From: the human T2T-CHM13v2.0 reference genome, Homo sapiens
Length of the DNA: 64,000 nucleotides
Reading direction: 5' to 3' (one strand)
NCBI RefSeq assembly: GCF_009914755.1
Contig: NC_060936.1
Made by a program: the position numbers and the translations under genes. The first letter of the stretch is position 1, and each line of letters begins with the position of its first letter. Under the pieces are notes generated by a model. It was not told the DNA's origin, searched no databases, and was given only the letters and a program-made list of their open reading frames with translations. Shown piece after piece: positions 31,538 to 55,645 of the stretch.

Positions 31538-32874
31538 TGAGTAGCTGGGACTACAGGCATGTGCCACAACGCCCAGCTGATATTTTGTATTTTTAGTAGA
31601 GACAGGGTTTCACCATGTTAGCCAGGATGGTATCTATCTCCTGACCTTGTGATCTGCCCGCCTTGGCCTCCCAAAGTGCTAGGATTACAGGCGTAAGCCA
31701 CCCTGCCTGGCCTCATTTAATTTTTTTTAAAGATAGGGTCTCCTCTCTATCACCCAAGATGAAGTGCAATGATGTGATCATGGCTCACTGCAGCCTTGAC
31801 CACCTAGGCTCAAGTGATCTTCCTGCCTCAGCCTCCTGAGTAGCTGGGACTACAGACATTGGCCACCACACTCAGCTGATTTATTTTTTGTAGAGACAGG
31901 GTCTCGCCATGTTGCCCAGGCTTGTCTCAAACTCCTGGCCCAAGTGATACTCCTACCTCAGCCTTCCAAAATGCTGGGATTACAAGTGTGAGCCACTGAG
32001 CCCAACTTTATACTGGACCTTTTGATTCATTACTTCTGATGCTGGATTGGAAATGGTGGTATGTTACTGTCATTCTCATTTTCTTTTCTTTTCTTTTTTT
32101 CTTTTTTTTTTTTTTTGAGACAGAGTCTTGCTCTGTTGCCCAGGCTGGAATACAGTGGCCAATCATAGCTCACTGCACCTTGATCTCCCAGGCTCAAGAG
32201 ATCTTCCTGTCTCAGCTTCCTGAGTGTCTGGGACTCCAGGCACTGCCACTGCACACAGCTAATTAAATTTTTCTTTTTTCTTTTTTCTTTTTTTTAAGAG
32301 AGACTGGGTCGTGTTATGTTGTGCAGGCTGGTCTCAAACTCCTGGCCTCAAGCGATACTCCTGCCTCAGCCTCCCAAAATGTTGATATTACAGGCATGTG
32401 CTACTGTCCACGGCAAGTGTCATTTTCTTTCTACAGCTGTTTCCTACCTCCTTACTCCATTTACTAGATGGAAGCCTGCCCTATGTCTCAGGGTTTTTTT
32501 GTTTTTGTTTTTTGTGGTTTTTTTTGAGACAGGGTCTTGCTCTGTCGTCTAGGCTGGAGTGCAGTGATATGATCACAGCTCACTGCAGCCTTGCACTCCT
32601 GAGCTCAAGGGATCCTCCTGCCTTGGCCACCTAAGTAGCTAGGACTACAGGGCTGCGCCACCACGCCCAGCTAATTAAAAAAAATTGTTTTGACTGGGCA
32701 CATTGGCTCACGCTTGTAATACCAGCACTTTGGGAGGCCAAGGCAGGTGAATCACTTGAGGCCAGGAGTTCAAGACTAGCCTGGCAGACATGGTGAAACC
32801 CAGTTTCTACTAAAATAAAATTACAGGCCAGGCTCGGTGGCTTATGCCTCTAATCCCAGCACTTTGGGAGACTA

Positions 32875-33206
<332 letters not shown>

Positions 33207-33229
33207 TCAATTTTTTTTTTTTTTTTTGA

Positions 33230-33334
<105 letters not shown>

Positions 33335-33828
33335 TGAGTAGCTGGGATTATAGGCATGTGCCACCACGCCTGGCTAATTTTGTATTTTTAGTAGAGACGA
33401 GGTTTCTCCATGTTGGTCAGGCCGGTCTCGAACTCCCACCCTCAGGTGATCCGCCTCCCTTGGCCTCCCAAAGTGCTGGGACTACAGGCATTAGCGACCA
33501 CGCCCAGCCGCCTCAGTCAATTTTGATCCACTCTACCAGGTATGTCCTAACTCAACTGCAAATCACACTCACTTCCACATTGGCTGCACCATTTATGGTA
33601 AGTGAATCCATCCACTTGGTTCATGTACAAAACTATATCTTGACCAAATATAGAACTTTGGATCTACTTTTGTTCACTTTTCTTTATATAATTTTTGTGT
33701 ATATATTTTTACATGTTCATATGTATATATTTAAGTGAAAACTTTTGGCCTAGCGCTCAAATACTACCCACTTTCTTCAGAGCAGTGGAAAGATGGTCCA
33801 ATAAATTATCTGATTTTTTTTATCTTAG

Positions 33829-34146
<318 letters not shown>

Positions 34147-34757
34147 TGATCCACCTGTGACCCACACTTGGCCTGCCAAAGTGCTGGGATTACAGGCGTG
34201 AACAACAGTGCTGGGCTAATTTACATATAATCTTAAATATAGTACTGATAATTATCAAAAACACACTGAGGCCAGGCACAGTGGCTCACATCTATAATCC
34301 GTGCACTTTGGGAGGCCAAGGCAGAAGGGTCACTTGAGCCCAGGAGTTCGAGACCAGCCTGAGCAATATAGCTGGACCCCATCTCTACAAAGTTTTTTTT
34401 TTTTTTTTTAATTAGCCAGTTGTGGGTGTGTGCACCTGTAGTCCTAGCTACTCAGGGGGCTGAAGTGAGAGCATTGCTTAAATCCCAAATTTGAAGTTAC
34501 ATTGAGCAATGATTGCGCCACTGCAGTCCAGCCTGGGCAAGAGAGCAAGACCTTGCCTCTAAAAAAAATAAATGTAAAAAAACATTGAAACAAATACATT
34601 TATGAGGGATTTCCTAAAGAATTTTTATTATTTCATTTATTTAGATTAGTGGTTATAATTATTTTGGATAATCTCATGAAAACAGCATACAGTAGGCCAG
34701 GCGTGGTGGCTTACGCCTGTAATCCCAGCACTTTGGGAGGCCAAGGCAGGCGGATCA

Positions 34758-35700
<943 letters not shown>

Positions 35701-35844
35701 TTTGGAGAAAATTTATCATGAACATATTCACACAGAATTTTGCATACAACTTTAGGATAGTTCCCAAACCATGAGAACTATCTATGAAGTACCTGTGCTT
35801 TTCTGAGCCCTGAGTTAAGAACCCCTGTTTTAAACTATAAAGCA

Positions 35845-36100
35845 ATTGTGGTTTATCCCAGGAATGCAAGGTTGGTTTCACATTCAAGATAAAAAAGGAG
35901 AAAACCCATGTGATCATTTTAATAGATGCACACAGAAAAATAATTTGACAAAATCTAACATCCATTTACCAAAAACAAACCAACGAACCTCTCAGCAAAC
36001 TAGGAAACTAGAGAACTTCCTCTCTCTGATAAAGAGTGTCTGCGAAAACTGAGAGCTAACATCATACTTAATGGTAAAGGATATCTGCTCTCATCACCTC
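35845..36100 (+). mobile_element. L1 ORF2 reverse-transcriptase region fragment
   Basis: ORF 35846 reads WFIPGMQGWFHI, matching the L1 RT motif GFIPGMQGWFNI. Confidence 0.8.
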
Positions 36101-36622
36101 TAGTAATTAAGAATGAGCTGCTGCTTTAGATACTCTAAATTCTATTTCTGAATTAAGTTGGATAATCAAAGGCTTTCTTGCCTGGACTGCACTATATAGG
36201 CTTCTGGTGGAATAACTTTTTTTTATGGGATATACTCTGGTAACTTCCACAGTCTATACTGAATAGTAGCATAAAACTCAGCCCTATACACTGCTGTTCA
36301 GAGTGAAACTTTATCATCAAATAGAACCAGGTGCTGTTTTATGGTAATCTCAAAATCAATCAACCAGTCAGTCAATAATTTTAAAAAGAATCTGGCAGCA
36401 CTAATCTCTATGACCAAGTTTTGTTGTTATTGTTGTTGTTGTTGTTGTTGTTTTGAGACAGAGTCTTGCTCTGTCACTCAGGCTGGTGTGCAATGACACA
36501 ATCTGGGTTCACTGCAACCTTGGCCACCCAGGTTCAAGCAATTCTTGTGCCTCAGCCTCCCAAGTAACTGGGACTACAAGTGCACACCACCACACTCAGC
36601 TAATTTTTTTTTTTTTTTTTGA

Positions 36623-36718
<96 letters not shown>

Positions 36719-37212
36719 TAAGCCTCCCAAGTAACTGGAATTACAGGTGCGTGCCACCACGCTTGGCTAATTTTTGTATCTTTAGTAGAGATGGGGGCTT
36801 CACCATGTTGGCCAGGCTGTTCTCGAACTGCTGACCTCAGGTGATTCACCTGCCTCAGCCTCCCAAAGTGCTGGGATTACAGACGTGAGCCACCCCACCT
36901 GCCCTATTTTTTTTTTTTTTTTTTTTTTTTTGAGATGGAGTCTTACTCTGTCACCAGGCTGGAGTGCAGTGTCTCGATCTTGGTTGACTGCAACATCCGC
37001 CTCCTGAATTCAAGGATTCTTCTGCCTCAGCTTCCCGAGTAACTGGGACTACAAGCACACACCACCTCGCTCAGCTAATTTTTGTATTTTTAATAGAGAC
37101 AGGCTCTCACCATGTTGTCCAGGATGGTCTCGATCTCTTGACCTCGTGATCTGCCCTCCTTGGCCTCCCGAAGTTCTGGGATTACAGGCATGAACCGCTG
37201 CACCCAGCCTAA

Positions 37213-37383
<171 letters not shown>

Positions 37384-37588
37384 TAGGAAATCTTTTAAAA
37401 TAACTCATTATAGTATGTTGAGGGGGAAAAGTCATATGTTAATCTCCAAATATTGCTGAAAAGACATTCCATAAAATTCAACATCTATTCTGATTAAAAA
37501 TTTTAATAGTATAGAAATAATGTAAATATTCTCATGTTGAGATACTTTCCATATATTGAGAAAAAAATTTATTTATATATTTATTTAG

Positions 37589-37723
<135 letters not shown>

Positions 37724-37915
37724 TAATCCCATGCCTGGCCCAGAAAAAACTTATAAAACATGTGTCTCAAGGCCAAAAACTACGTTCCAATTAAAGATAT
37801 AATAAGGGATAGGATGAGCACCATAGCCAGCATTATTTGTTGTTTTATTTTTAAATATGAAGGAAATAATGTACACATGAGAAATAAAACTTATAATGGT
37901 CTCAGGATAAAATAA

Positions 37916-38294
<379 letters not shown>

Positions 38295-38953
38295 TGACTA
38301 ATTTTTTCTGTATTTTTAGTAGAGATGGAGTTTCACCATACTGGCGAGGCTGGTCTCGAACTCCTGACCTCAGGTCATCCACCCGAATGCTGGGATTGCA
38401 GGCGTGAGCTACCATGCCCAAACAATTTCAGTATTCTTATATCCTCATGGATTAAATGGTGGGATAAAAGTGTTTTAACATTGGCCGGTCATGGTGCCTC
38501 ACACCTATAATCCTAGCACTTTGGGAGGCTAAGACGGGCAAATCGCTTGAGCCCAGGAGTTTGAGAACAGCCTGGGAAACGTGGTGAGACCCTGTCTCTA
38601 CCAGAAACAACAACAACCACAACAACAAATTAGCTGGGAGTGGTAGCGTGATCCTGTAGTCCCAGCTACTTGGGAGGATGAAATGGGAAGATCACCTGAG
38701 CCTGGGAAGTCTGCAGTGAACTGAGAGAGCACCACTGCACTCTAGCCTAAGCAACGGAATGAGACCCTGTCTCAAAAAAATATATAAAAATAAAGTGTTT
38801 TGGCTGGGCATGGTAGCTCATGTCTATAATCCCAGCACTTTGGGAGGCCGAGGCAGATGGATCACCTGAGGTCAGGAGTTTGAGACCAGCCTGGCCAACA
38901 TGGTGAAACCCTGTCTCTACTAAAAATACAAAAATTAGCTGGGCGTGGTGTCA

Positions 38954-40352
<1,399 letters not shown>

Positions 40353-41082
40353 GTGGCTGGTACACTCGCTCACGCCTGTAATCCAGCATTTTGGGAGGCT
40401 GAGGTGGGAGGATCACTTGAGCTCAGGAGATCGAGACCAGCCTGGGCAACATGGCAAAACTCTGTCTCTACAAAAATAAAAAAAGTAGCCAGGCACGGTG
40501 GCTCATAGACCTGTGCTCCCGGCTACTCTGGCTGCTGAGGCAGGAGGATTGCTTGAACCTGGGAGGTAGAAGTTGCAATGAGCCAGATCATGCCACTGCA
40601 GCCTGGGCAATAGAGTGAGACCCTGTCTCAAAAAAAAAAAAAAAAAAAAAAAAGAAAAAGAAAGAAAGAGAGAATTCCCCTTTCTGCAGTTAAGACACCA
40701 ACCTGATATTTGGTTAGATTTATTTGTTTCATTTTGTTTTCCATTTTTAAGGATTTTTTTCCACCTTAATTCTCTCTTATATAACATAGTTACATGTTTC
40801 TATAGTTAAATGACACAACAAATGCATCAGAAGAAGTGCAGTTAGATCATGTTCTCTCCCCATTGGCAATCATTTTTCTTAGTGCTTGATTTATACTTCC
40901 ATTGTGTGTTTGTTTCTAAAATTGTGGTAAGATATACATATAACAGGCTGGGCGTCGTGGCTCACACCCGTCATCCTAGCACTTTGGAGGTTGAGGCAGG
41001 AGGATCGCTTGAGTCCAGGAGTTGGAGACGAGCCTGGGCAACATAGTGAGACCCTGCCTCTACAAAATACAGAAAAACATTA

Positions 41083-41481
<399 letters not shown>

Positions 41482-41850
41482 TAGTCTCGAACTCCTGACC
41501 TCAAATGATCCTCCCACCTCAGCCTCCCAAAGTGCTGGGACTACAGGCGTGAGGCACCGCACCCAGCCCATCTTGATGTATTTCTTTTTTTGAGATGGAG
41601 TTTTGCTCAAGCTGGACTGCAATGGTGCGATCTCGGTTCACTGCAACCTCCACCTCCTGGGTTCAAGTAATTCTCTCTGAGTAGCTGGGATTACAGGCGT
41701 GTGTCACCACGCCTGGCTAATTTTTGCATTTTTAGTAGAGACAGGGTTTCACCGTGTTAACCAGGATGGTCTCGATCTCCTGACCTTGTGATCTGCCCGC
41801 CCCGGCCTCCCAAAGTGCTGGGATTATAGGCATGAGCCACTGTGCCCCGC

Positions 41851-41897
41851 CCAGTCTCAGGTATTTCTTCATAGCAGCGTGAAAATGAACTAATATG
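41851..41897 (+). mobile_element. THE1/MST-type LTR 3' stub
   Basis: ccagtctcaggtatttcttcatagcagcgtgaaaatgaactaata matches the MaLR LTR end. Confidence 0.7.
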
Positions 41898-42609
41898 TAT
41901 CCCAGAACCAGAAAATGTGAGAGTAGGAAGACAATTTACTGAACTTGGGAATAGACACTTTTGGTCAGTTGGTCTGGAGCAGAGCTCTATTGTTGGACAA
42001 ATCGTAAGTCCAAAACATTTTTTGTATTGGTGCTAATGCATGCAATTGCACTATTAGGGCTTTATTATTTGAAGTTATTGGCCCACATTAACTTGGAGAA
42101 TTAACTTTCAGATATCTAATTAACACATTAGAGTGAATAAATGTATCAGGCTTTTCCAACATGACATTCAGCTTAAAATAGGTTTGGAAAGAAGGTAAAG
42201 AACTAAGTCTAGCATAGGGCTGCTTGCTTTGAGAGGAGATTTGTTTTGGGAACCCTGGGCAGAAGAGGCATAATGGCACTAGACACATACCAAGGAGCGG
42301 AGGGCACATGAAAAACTGATGCATTTGGAATATTCACCATTTTATGTTAGTTACATAAGATTCAGCAGCCAACCAGATTTTGGCTATGTGTTACCAACTT
42401 TCAACTCTAAAAAGTACTGGCAGTTTAAATAACTTTATTATAATAATGAGGTAAAAACTTAATAGTATGAGCCGGGCACAGTGGTTCACGCCTGTAATCC
42501 CAGCACTTAGGGAGGCCGAGGCAAGCGGATCACTGGAGGTCAGGAGTCTGAGACCAGCCTGACCATCATGGTGAAACCCAGTCTCCACTAAAAATACAAA
42601 AATTAGTCA

Positions 42610-42843
<234 letters not shown>

Positions 42844-42997
42844 TTACTAAGATACTTTAAATACAAACGTCACTTCCTAGGATATGTATAAACCACAGGC
42901 AACACTTATTTTTTATTCTCAATGCACTAAATACATGAAAAACTTCAGACACCCAGATAGAAAACACAGGACTGAATTCATTTAAGACAGGGAATAC

Positions 42998-43003
42998 TTT
43001 ATT
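42998..43003 (-). terminator. TUBA1A: Polyadenylation signal AATAAA (3'UTR about 210 nt, cleavage near 42980)
   Basis: Plus-strand tttatt about 190 nt past the stop codon, with U/GU-rich ctgtgttttct downstream on the minus strand. Confidence 0.85.
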
Positions 43004-43191
43004 CAAAACCCATCACAGAAATGGACAGCTTGGGTCTGTAACAAAGCATTCATGTTTTAGAGCATAGGTCAGTAATTGTATATGAGAGCATACACTGCTA
43101 CATACAAATTAACTGATCAGACCACAACTTTTCAATGTTTAAAACAGAATAAGCTTCCCTGTAAAAGCAGCACCTTTGTGACGTTTTAACT

Positions 43192-47163
<3,972 letters not shown>

Positions 47164-47288
47164 GGTTGCTGCTTCGCGACTGCCGAGCTGATGGCGGAGA
47201 CGAAGAGGAGAGGTTGTTGCTTCTTACAGCGCGACTCTTAGGCGGTCGATGTAAGAGAACCTGCGGCACATAGGCGGATGCGGCTCCC

Positions 47289-47294
47289 TATATA
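47289..47294 (-). promoter_or_regulatory. TATA box (gTATATAggg) of the distal TUBA1A promoter
   Basis: TATATA about 30 nt upstream of a plausible start near 47262, in GC-rich context. Confidence 0.8.
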
Positions 47295-47347
47295 CAACTC
47301 GGTCACCATGGGGATGGGCCGGGGCCTTTTCCTGTTGGTCCAGACCC

Positions 47348-47531
47348 CCAATCTGCCCAGAGAAGCCATGACAGGAGACTGGTGATTGGTGCAAGCGACG
47401 TGGGATGAGGTAATCTCTCCCCCACCCCTTTTTCTCTAGCATCCGTAGACTGTTTGCATCCTTTAGACAAAGAGACCGTGCAGAAGCAGTCGGCCGAGCA
47501 TCCATTATGGGGCGGGGTTGGGGAGGGGCGG
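47348..47531. promoter_or_regulatory. Proximal promoter: two CCAAT boxes (47348-47352, 47385-47389) and GC boxes (47509-47517, 47525-47531)
   Basis: ccaat, attgg, ggggcgggg and ggggcgg motifs 55-240 nt upstream of the TATA box. Confidence 0.65.
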
Positions 47532-49855
47532 AAGGAGAAGAAAGGGGACTGGGGTTAGAAGACTTTCTGTTGCTTAAACCTCAAACTGCAGTTAAAATTA
47601 TCTATGTGAGGTTTTTTCCCCCTACCCTTAATAACAATTTATGTTTAGATTAAATATTTAAAGGAAAATGACTGCCAGCCCCTCCCTCGTAGTATATTAA
47701 ACTCGACTACATTTTGTTAGGGTTCAACATCTCTAATTGCTTTAAACGTAAAGTGGGAGGGAAAATCGGCATGATGCTCGAAATGGCCTGGGTATATGTG
47801 ATTTTTTTAATTTAAAAAAAGATTTAGCCATACGGTCATTCCAAATGGTTTCTCAGGTTCAACTAACTTATTTTCAGAGCTTCTTCTGCAGGCACACGCA
47901 CACCCGAATAGCTAAACAAAACTGGAAGATGGAAAGAATAACCATATTAAATAAAGAAGCGAACAAATAGTTCTAACATGGCAATAATCAAGAGCAAGTG
48001 AACGTAGAGTAGTTATAATGGTTTACTAGAGGTATTCTTTTATGAGAAGTCTATGTAACACATTTTGTATGGTACATTGTCCTTTGGAATGAATCATCTT
48101 TCCTGATAGAAAATTGGGAAAATACAAGGAGAAATAATTGAGCTCAGAAGTTAGTACTACATGTGTGCAGTTACATATCTGAATTGGACTTTTGTCTGGA
48201 AAGTAACAAGCAAAATAATAGTAATAACCAATACACCAAATTAAAAAGAAGAAGAGAATAATATAATGTAAAAAGAATTTTGCAATGTCGCCTCCATCCA
48301 CAGACAACTGTGAAACATCAGCTCAATAAACGCATTTCCTTTTTATGTAGTTCTTATGTCAATTTGGTAAATATCCTCCTGCGAGTGGGCTTCTAACTGT
48401 GGGAATTTTAGCCGGCCTCACACCCTTGCTGTTCAGCTAGAGACTCTGGTGGTTGCTCAGTTGTCCCTTGGGACAAAAAGGCTTTGCTTTCACCCCTAGG
48501 AAATAAATTGGAGTAAAATTATCTTGATATTTAGGAAGCCTCCATTCTCAGCAACGATCCGGAGTAAGTCACTGGACTTCGTACCACTGGATGTTGGTGA
48601 TGAAATTTCAGAGGTAAATAAGTTTGGCCACTAAAGTTGAAAATTTATTTTTTACAAATAATTTTTCCTTTTGGTTTTCAGAGACAAATTTTCAGGGTCT
48701 GCAGCACTACTCACACAGTGCTCTGCGGAACCCATTCATTCCTGCTAGGCTGGCAGGCTAAGAAGGGCGTGGGAGGGAGGGACTTGAGAATACAGCTGCT
48801 GCAGGTTGTGGTGTGACAATGGCGACCACAGATTTTTCTAGCCTGCCATCCACAGTTCTGCTTTACTTGATCAATTTTGCTTCAGTAATATTCTCTGGAA
48901 AAAAAATAATATCCAAAATGCAAAAATCATTTTATCTACTTATTGTATATTTCCTAGGAAAAAATAATCCTCAACATCATCTTATCTCCACTTCTTTAGC
49001 AAAAAAAAAAAAAAAGTATATTTCAGAAGAGACAGGAGGATTAGGTATTTGAATGCTTCTTTCAGAACCCAGAAATATATTTAACAAAAATAAGAATTAA
49101 ATGGCATAAGGAAGCATAAGGATTAATAAGTAGCTCATTCAAAATACTTTCACAATTTTAATAATAAAATATATCAGACACTATTGGACTATAGTAACAT
49201 GTACAAGTCTTTTTGGAATGAGAAGCAGAGTTTGAACATTATTTTCTTTACAATATAAAAAGATTAATTAAGAAATATGTCACTTATCCAATAGTCTCAG
49301 TTCTTTATGCAATTTCCAAAGGATTAAATAAAAGAGAGGAGGGTTCACGTGGTTGATTCTTTGAAATTCTATCTCAGAGCCATTCTGTTCCTTATGTAAA
49401 TGAGGGTTATTCCCTCCGCTTGGGCATATGTAACAAGATCTAGGTCAGAAATAGACTATTTAGGCACTGATAATCTCAAATATATAAACAAGAGATCGGG
49501 GAAATAACTAATCTATAATTTTTGTTCTTTATTATCTGATTTAATAGCACTCAAACTGTGGAAAGGAAAACAATACTTTTTTTACTAGTTCATCTCTTAT
49601 TTTTATTGCCATTTAAAAAAATTTGACATCAATATACATGTACAAGTATTCTGCTAATGGATTCATTCTTGTACACAGTAAGATTAGCATAAAACATTCT
49701 TCTTTCATAATATTTGTAGAATTTTAATCATTTATTCACATGTCTACATTTCTCCTCCATTAAAATGTAAGTCCTAATTCCTGTCAAAGTGCCTAACTAC
49801 AGTAGACGTTATACACTACATGTTTGCTCAATTAAATGAACAGCTCTCTGTGCAG

Positions 49856-49891
49856 TTTCTTTCTCTTTCTTTCTTTCTTCCTTTCTTTCTT

Positions 49892-49936
<45 letters not shown>

Positions 49937-49959
49937 CTCTTTCTTTCTTTCTTTTTTTT
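49856..49959. repeat. (CTTT)n/(CT)n polypyrimidine microsatellite derived from an Alu tail
   Basis: About 100 nt of pure pyrimidine directly abutting a minus-strand Alu. Confidence 0.9.
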
Positions 49960-51004
49960 GAGATGGAGTCTCATTCGGTTGCCCAGGCTGGAGTCAGTGA
50001 CATGATCTCAGCTCACTGCAACCTCCGCTTCCCGAGTTCAAGCGATTCTCCTGCCTCAACCTCCCGAGTAGCTGGGATTACAGGTGCTGGCCACCACACC
50101 CAGCTAATTTTTGTGTTTTTAGTAGAGACGGGGTTTCGCCATGTTGGCCAGTCTGGTCTTGAACTCCTGACTTCAGGTGATCCACCTGCCTCAGCCTCCT
50201 AAAGTGCTAGGATTACAGGCATGATCCATGGTGCCCGGCCTGTGCAGATTTTCATTACCTATTATCATGCTTAGTAATGTAAAGATATTGGCCAGAGCGG
50301 TGGCTTACTCCTGTAATCCCAGCACTTTGGGAGGCCAAGGTGGTGGGCCACCTGAGGTTAGGAGTTTGAGACCAGCCTGGACAACATGGTGAAACCCTGT
50401 CTCTATCAAAAACATAAAAATTAGCCCTTGCGCAGTGGCTCATGCCTTTAATCCCAGCACTTTGGGAGGCCGAGGCAGGGGATTATTTGAGTTCAGGAGT
50501 TCGAGACCAGCCTAGCCAACATGGCGAAACCCCACCTCTACTAAAACAAAACAAAACACCAGCCAGGTGTGGTGGCTTGTGCCTGTAATCCCAGTTATTG
50601 TAGAGATTGAGGCATAAGAATCGCTTGAACTCGGGAGGCGGAGGTTGTAGTGAGCTGAGATCATACCACTGCACTCCAGCCTGAGCAACAGAGTGAGACT
50701 CTGTCTTAAAAAAAGATATTTAATAAAGTATTTTACCATTTATAATCAGCAAGCATTTACTGAGTAAGCCCAAGACCATCCTAGGTGGTGAAGAATTCAG
50801 AGGTAATAGCATGGTCTCTTTTCTCTAGAATCTTCCAATTTATTGGAATAATTGAGACACGTACATTCCTATAGGTTTGAGAATGACATGTACGTGTGTA
50901 TGTTTGGAGAGGGGCCATGCAATTGATCCCAATAGAGGGGATCTATTTCATGACTCCGTGTATCATAACTTACGAGGGAAACGAGTTGTTGAACACTTTT
51001 TTTT

Positions 51005-52593
<1,589 letters not shown>

Positions 52594-52871
52594 TAGAAAT
52601 GGTGGCTCTTGAATAGAATGGGAGTGGAATAAGTACTCTAAATAGGAAAAATAACATTAGCAAAGATATAGTATAATGATGAACTGTTGCCTGGATAAGG
52701 GAGGACAAAGAAATTGGCTTGATTAGGGCATTCAAGGGTGGGTAAGCGATGTGTTATATGGGGAGGGTGGAGCTAGTTAACAAAATGGTTTGAACTTCAG
52801 TCTGAAGGAGTTTGGGATTGAGTCCATACACAGTGTGAAGCCTTTATACATATATATGTATATATATATAG

Positions 52872-53018
<147 letters not shown>

Positions 53019-53191
53019 TAGATTACAAGCATGCGTCACCATGCCTGGCTAATTTTGTATTTTTAGTTACTCCATATTGGTCAGGCTGGTCTCGAACTCC
53101 CAATCTCAGGTGATCCACCCGCCTTGGCCTCCCAAAGTCCTGGGATGACAGGTGTGAGCCACTGCGCTTGGCTGAAGCCTTTATGTTCTTA

Positions 53192-53548
<357 letters not shown>

Positions 53549-53559
53549 TCATAAAATTA

Positions 53560-55645
<2,086 letters not shown>

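Noticed and set aside
47502-47510. CArG-like CCATTATGG
   Set aside because: Only five A/T between CC and GG, while the SRF site needs six.
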